A DNA stretch of 64,000 nt from Phoronis australis. Lineage: Eukaryota; Animalia; Phoronida. Location: NCBI GenBank assembly GCA_002633005.1, contig NMRA01000016.1, forward strand, positions 714,443 to 778,442, in the 5' to 3' direction. Below, piece after piece: positions 59,701-64,000 of this stretch. Positions within the stretch are counted from its first letter, which is position 1; each line of letters begins with the position of its first letter. The position numbers and the translations under genes were made by a program. The notes beneath the pieces were generated by a model. That model did no database searches. It was given only the letters and a program-made list of their open reading frames with translations, and was not told where the DNA came from.

Positions 59701-62290
59701 ATGAACCTCATACGATGAATGTACCAGGAGGTCTGTCTTCCTACTGTGTACTTCACGTTCGTACGAAATGATTACGGGGCGTGAGAGAGGAAATACGGGT
59801 TGTGACCGGCGAGTTGTGTTCGTGAGAAAAAAAATTGTGTACACGCCTGAATGGTTTTAAAATAATGGGAAGGTTACTAATTATCCGATACGATTTTTCT
59901 TTAGACATTTGCTTTTGCCATGGAAGTTAACTCACCGAGCGTGATTTTCAACCGATAAAAAGTCTACTTGGTCTGTGAACATGAGATCCGTTTGGAAACA
60001 ACAAAAGCTCAACTGAAACTTGACGAAAGGTTTAGGTGTACAGCGCGCTAGTCGAGGTAACTTGTTTGTCAAACTTTACAGCGATTTCCACAGCTGTAGG
60101 TTAAACTTTCGTTTTCAAAAGATTGGACTTTATCAACGCCTCGTTTCAGAAATCTAAAGTAGCTACTTACGAAAGAATGTGGTCGTTCATGAGCACTAAC
60201 GACGATGTATTGATGAAGAGCAATAAACAGGGCATAGAAAAAGTGCGGGAATCGAACGGAAAATATGCCTTCCTAATCGACTCCACCACCAACGACTACG
60301 TGAGCAACAGAAAGCCGTGTGACACAATGCAGGTCGGAAGTTACCTTAACAGTCAAGGATTCGGTATAGGGATGCCACTCGACTCCAAGTACAAGTAAGG
60401 CTTGTCGTTTTTCATCAATAAACCCATGTCATTCTTTTCAGCTGAAATGAAACACACCCCTCTTGCGTCAAAAACTCAAACATGGTGCTCGTCATTGACC
60501 ACCATGACAGTACCACACACTTATTGTCGTTTTCTAAGAACGTTGTAACACCTGAAGATTACAAGAGAAATTAGCTACTGTCAATATAAATAGGTGGTAG
60601 AAATAAACCAACAGATTTTATTGGATGATGTCACCACATCACCACCACAATGCTGTCTTAGGTGTAGAAGACAATTTTAGAAATCTTTTTGCATTCTTTA
60701 ATTTACTGAGGATACAACATATTCGTCCTCAGGGAAAGGGTGACCCTTGGAGTTCTGGAAATGAGGGAGCAAGGAAACCTGACAGAAATGCAAGACTACT
60801 GGTGGAAAGGAGACGATATTTGTAAGGATGACCATAAGGTAACTAGATGAATAGTAAAGGCGTTCACTAAGAAAGCCGTCCCGGATTACAAGGCGATAGA
60901 ACTCTCCTTTGCCCTGAGGATAAGAAAGCGCGTGGCCTCGTTTCAGAAATCAGGCACATTTTGTATCTCTCATTGATATCGGGAAGGCGAAGAGATTCAA
61001 ATCAGGCATCCATGAGTATTTGTCCAGTGAATCAAACTATCTCACGTTGGAGTTGCACCAACCCACAGTTCACCAGTACTACTTCTTTGGGAATGGGAGG
61101 ACGAATAGAGTATTGCAACCGAGAAAAATTTGAACAAAATCAGACAACAACAAACAACATGCGAAACTCTAGTGGCATGAAAACGACACAGCAAATGTGC
61201 CTGGCGGATGTTTACAGCACTGTGGGGGAAATATAGCGAGGTTTGAATGTTCCTGTGTAATCTGGGAAGGTCCTATTGGTAACGAAAAAACGCCTATGTC
61301 TGTGAGGAGCATGGCGATGACTTATTGGTAAGCCTTACCAATAAGTCATCGCTATAAGTAAGCAAACAAGAGCAGCACAGTAATAGTAACACAGTATAGT
61401 GAATCTTTGAGACAGCAAACTTCAGTGGAGGACACACAGGTATTACAAGTTGCCAACCGAAGTATTTAGGGGAAGTGGTAAATTTAAGGTAAGCAACAGA
61501 AAAGTATTGCATAAGTAAGAGTAAAAAGTACGACACTGATGACACTCAGAGTACTTTGAAAGCATGCGCACAATTCTTCAAGTAACGCATTGTGAAAGTG
61601 CTAATTTACGTCAAGAAATATGGATTTCGTGTTCATACTTTCAGGAAGTAAAAAGCTTGGCTCTGAGTCTTCCGAAGATTGCCGGCATTTTTTACATCTT
61701 AATTGGAGGCTTAGGGATAGCGCTAACCACCGCTGCTCTGGAAATTATGTTCTACAGAAAGCTTGAGGCTGTTCGCACGGTAAGGTCAGAGGTTACCATC
61801 GTTCAAGGATCAAATTAGGCTATGGTGGGAATATTATCTCACAGGGATGTTTTGTCTTGGAAGGCAATTTGTTGCTATCAAACTTTCAAACAAGCTACAC
61901 CCGTGTCGCCACCTGTCTCATTGATGCATAACCACTGTAAAGTGGATGATATGCCATCAATGATTAAAAAATCACGAGGTAAACCGTCGTTAGTATCAGT
62001 AAACAACACAACAAGCCAATAACAATATAATTTAATTAGAGAGATCACCACACATGTTGCACAGGGTCAGAAATGTGCGGTTGTACATAATTGAATTCGA
62101 CGAGCTGTACACTAACAATACGCCTAGTCGACGGCATACATGACAGGAAGTCGACCAATTGCTCTGCAACCTCTGATTTCAGTCATCGGAGACGGACGGC
62201 AAAAGTGACAATGTCGTGGCAGCAAACAGACTGGACGCGTGCAGAAGACGACTGCCTTCGTCGTCAGTGCCGGCAAGTGATCTTGCTTAA
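38711..62290 (+). CDS. Ionotropic glutamate receptor subunit, AMPA-like (non-NMDA), whole gene model, 16 coding exons, about 898 aa
   Basis: join(38711-38792,48467-48607,48960-49208,49727-49935,50923-51126,51968-52129,55403-55534,55929-56084,57447-57659,57858-58019,58389-58582,59416-59614,60150-60394,60733-60838,61645-61779,62183-62290) = 2697 nt, open. Motifs: [75 protein letters not shown]. Confidence 0.93.
41250..41296. repeat. (CG)n-(CA)n-(CACG)n compound microsatellite
   Basis: acgcgcgcgcgcgcacacacacacacacacacgcacgcacgcacgcg, an alternating purine-pyrimidine tract. Confidence 0.9.
41328..42960. repeat. Tandem duplication around N42144 (probable assembly overlap)
   Basis: 41328-42143 is repeated at 42145-42960 with a few SNPs. 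Confidence 0.85.
45780..47150 (-). mobile_element. Decayed 3' fragment of a restriction-like-endonuclease non-LTR retrotransposon (Hero/NeSL/R2 group)
   Basis: Minus-strand fragments in the expected order: [23 protein letters not shown]...ITWR (CCHC region), [21 protein letters not shown] (RPD...ELTVPWE endonuclease signature); ends approximate. Confidence 0.7.
47609..47949. mobile_element. MITE with about 99-bp terminal inverted repeats
   Basis: 47609-47707 (tagaaaatacttcgctcggcgaacgataggtgtcgctat...ctcttttattggt) is the inverse of 47851-47949; TA at both ends. Confidence 0.85.
48467..48607 (+). CDS. iGluR exon 2 (ATD)
   Basis: [16 protein letters not shown]...NSTQFASK; CAG/GTAAGA. Confidence 0.85.
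48960..49208 (+). CDS. iGluR exon 3 (ATD)
   Basis: [14 protein letters not shown]...GIPYIS...[14 protein letters not shown]. Confidence 0.88.
49727..49935 (+). CDS. iGluR exon 4 (ATD)
   Basis: GLHRVQQLY...[19 protein letters not shown]; CAG/GTAAGT. Confidence 0.85.
50428..50475 (-). ncRNA. Minimal type I hammerhead ribozyme motif (Penelope/retrozyme type)
   Basis: Minus strand: tac-CTGACGA-t-ggccgg-agaataga-ccgacc-GAAA-C-GTC^-gtg; intact core, palindromic ACGT stem III, short stem I. Confidence 0.6.
50536..50616 (+). pseudogene. tRNA-derived sequence (pseudo-tRNA/SINE head; type II-like, CAA in the anticodon position)
   Basis: A box TGGTGTAGTGG (50541-50551), B box GGTTCAAATCC (50595-50605), acceptor stem GTCCGTG/CTTGGAC 6/7, T stem GTGGG/CCTGC, long variable arm TCTG..CAGA; the anticodon stem does not pair. 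Confidence 0.75.
50678..50725 (+). ncRNA. Hammerhead ribozyme motif, second arm copy (stem III/cleavage region decayed)
   Basis: CTGACGA (50683-50689)-t-GGTCGG-agaataga-CCGACC-GAAA (50711-50714)-cttc. Confidence 0.45.
50923..51126 (+). CDS. iGluR exon 5 (ATD)
   Basis: YDLSP...NLTGMRIVN...FFGLWK...AIS; the phase-0 donor GTTGGT was chosen to match exon 6. Confidence 0.8.
51968..52129 (+). CDS. iGluR exon 6 (ATD)
   Basis: [10 protein letters not shown]...[21 protein letters not shown]. Confidence 0.87.
52704..54983 (+). mobile_element. Penelope-like retroelement (RT + GIY-YIG endonuclease), 5'-truncated, inactive, with an inverted copy of its 3' end
   Basis: [46 protein letters not shown] (about 53980-54005), [24 protein letters not shown]; frameshifts and stops; 52704-53443 is the inverse of 54282-54983. 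Confidence 0.93.
55403..55534 (+). CDS. iGluR exon 7 (ATD)
   Basis: ATF...[23 protein letters not shown]; CAG/GTAAGT. Confidence 0.88.
55929..56084 (+). CDS. iGluR exon 8 (ATD-LBD linker)
   Basis: VAKWQCQG...[14 protein letters not shown]; AAG/GTAAGA; phase 0-0; not in the ORF track. Confidence 0.82.
57447..57659 (+). CDS. iGluR exon 9 (S1)
   Basis: GEPYM...[12 protein letters not shown]...DKNYG...[11 protein letters not shown]. Confidence 0.93.
57858..58019 (+). CDS. iGluR exon 10 (S1, pre-M1)
   Basis: [37 protein letters not shown]...[10 protein letters not shown]. Confidence 0.93.
58389..58582 (+). CDS. iGluR exon 11 (M1-M2 pore loop), copy 1
   Basis: [23 protein letters not shown]...[17 protein letters not shown]. 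Confidence 0.9.
58907..59100 (+). CDS. iGluR exon 11 (M1-M2), copy 2 with identical translation, after N58649
   Basis: Same protein sequence as 58389-58582; lies within the duplication 58131-58648 / 58650-59166; only one copy can be used in frame. Confidence 0.6.
59416..59614 (+). CDS. iGluR exon 12 (M3, start of S2)
   Basis: [35 protein letters not shown]...[14 protein letters not shown]. Confidence 0.95.
60150..60394 (+). CDS. iGluR exon 13 (S2)
   Basis: [14 protein letters not shown]...[27 protein letters not shown]...GFGIG. Confidence 0.93.
60733..60838 (+). CDS. iGluR exon 14 (end of S2, flip/flop-equivalent position)
   Basis: [35 protein letters not shown]; CAG/GTAACT. Confidence 0.9.
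61645..61779 (+). CDS. iGluR exon 15 (M4)
   Basis: [39 protein letters not shown]; CAG/GTAAGG. Confidence 0.92.
62183..62290 (+). CDS. iGluR putative terminal exon 16 (C-tail)
   Basis: TTTCAG acceptor, phase 0, [12 protein letters not shown]...SVPASDLA*; no homology support. Confidence 0.6.
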   Translation, partial: SSETDGKSDNVVAANRLDACRRRLPSSSVPASDLA

Positions 62291-64000
62291 CTTCTTTAGA
62301 ACAGATTAATAATGCTTCGACTAATCTTAAACGCGAAGAACAGACATTATTTCAAATTTGATTCTAGCTGCAATAAGTTCCTGAATTCTGTTAAGGGTTC
62401 AATTTCAGAAATGATTTGATTTCAAAGCAGTTTTCTTCATAGTCATTCGACATGGTTAAAAATCACCAAACCCTGAACGGGAACTTGTACGCTAATTCCT
62501 TATCTCTGTTATTGCTTGGTCAAATTAGTAAGAAACGCAAAATATAGCGACGACGTGGATATGACGTACGTTGAAAATTGCCAAATGTTTTAAAAGCGAA
62601 ATTTGTGTTGAAAACGATACGCCGTAAATTATTCCGCCTACAATGTCGAAATGGTTATCACACTTAATGGGGTAATAAACTAACGCCCTCTATCCAAAAG
62701 GTAACGTTGGATTTGGGCCACTCACGGTCATAACATTCGATGATTCCGTTTATTCAATATATACCATTCTGAAGGCAAAAGTTCACATTACTCAGTCAGC
62801 CAAACTTGCTCTGGGAATGGTTTATAGTGAATAAATCGAAATGTCGGATCAACATGTCTTTGTTTACTTACCGCGCTAATTTTAAAGTTCGTGCTCATGC
62901 TTTGGCCCAAAACAAATGTGATTATTCGTCTCGTGTTGTTCATTATTCAAATTATAGGCTTGAGAAGTGACACTGCATTAATATTTCGGACAAGGTCCAC
63001 GAGGTTTGCTTGTCACGATGGATGGCGCTTCGATCGCTGCATACGTGACCAGTATGGCGAACAGAGGAGTTCTACGCGCTTTATTTGTTACCAATCTCAG
63101 TTTAAGCAAAGGTTAAGAACACGATGACGTTGCTTTGAAAAAGCAAACACGCTTGTGAAAAAAAATCATATTGACACCATAACATGGTTAAAACGTCTTT
63201 AACTTTACCGCGATTCTCTTGCAGTATTCCTACGCAATGCCAACAGGGCAGTTGATCGGATTTGAACCATACATCGTTGCTGAGCCTGGTCAAACACAAG
63301 TATGACGTATTCCGTGTCCAAACGCAAATTTTGATTGGATCGCCGGATTTATGGAAGAGCCAGCGACCACATGAAGCTGTATGCAGGACGTTTGTGATGA
63401 CAGTGATGCGCTTGAAACCCCGTGCAGTGTTATCTTTGAAGTCATTTTTTGGGATGGAAAACTATTGCATGATTTCCACGACGAGTTAGCGTTCCCAAGG
63501 GAAATCGTCGATTTCTTCAGGGAGAAGATTTATCACCGCCAACTTGATTAGTTTAAATTAGAAGTTAGCGACTTCGGCCTGACCCAGCTAGAATTGTGTG
63601 GGTTCTGACGACACCGTTGCATAGGCGGACCCAGGGAAGGGTCTCAAGGGACAGGATCCCTATGTAACCAAAGCGCCTAATAAAAACCACGGGAAAATGG
63701 AAGATTTCTGTTTTTTATTTCTATAGACCGCTGGGTGCAGTAATCAGTACACTAGTTTTTATTATGATGGGGGGTTTTACTGATTGATACTGACACAGAA
63801 TACTCGTCAGAGATCTACAATTGCAGTCATTCAAATTAGACCTTCCCCTTCGTAAAATGTTCGCCTTCGCACTATTAGGCCAACGATTGTACTACCAACG
63901 ACAAAACCAGGAATAATTTGCGTACTCATCATATAGAATAGATTATGTTCTGTTCTTAATATGGAGACGTTTTTCCTCACTCAATGTCGATAAACAATTC

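Noticed and set aside
60395-61644. Flip/flop-type mutually exclusive exon pair
   Set aside because: Only one exon encoding the VL..REQG.L....WW...C segment was found (60733-60838); no paralogous exon seen in the flanking introns
62891-63489. Short ORFs downstream of the iGluR stop codon
   Set aside because: No recognisable motifs or consistent splice pattern; likely 3' UTR or intergenic sequence

Overview
Eukaryotic (invertebrate animal-like, intron-rich, AT-rich) genomic window with two divergently oriented multi-exon genes, both reconstructed by hand from GT-AG junctions with consistent phases. (1) Minus strand, 790-26575: a protein phosphatase 2A regulatory B'' subunit (PPP2R3A/B, PR70/PR72 family). 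It has 12 shared exons and two candidate alternative first coding exons: a PR70-like 103-codon exon (about 573 aa product) and a 432-codon low-complexity exon carrying three JNK-type docking-like motifs and several pTyr-like motifs (about 902 aa product). (2) Plus strand, 38711-62290: a 16-exon AMPA-like ionotropic glutamate receptor (about 898 aa) with an atypical ligand pocket. Introns and the intergenic space contain a Penelope-like element with inverted arms, decayed DIRS and Hero/NeSL-type retroelements and several MITEs. There is also an unusual 400-bp palindrome whose arms carry hammerhead-ribozyme cores and whose loop is a tRNA-like Pol III cassette. Six single-N joins are each flanked by near-identical duplicated sequence, most likely uncollapsed allelic contig overlaps. 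All family assignments are from recalled motifs; no searches were run.
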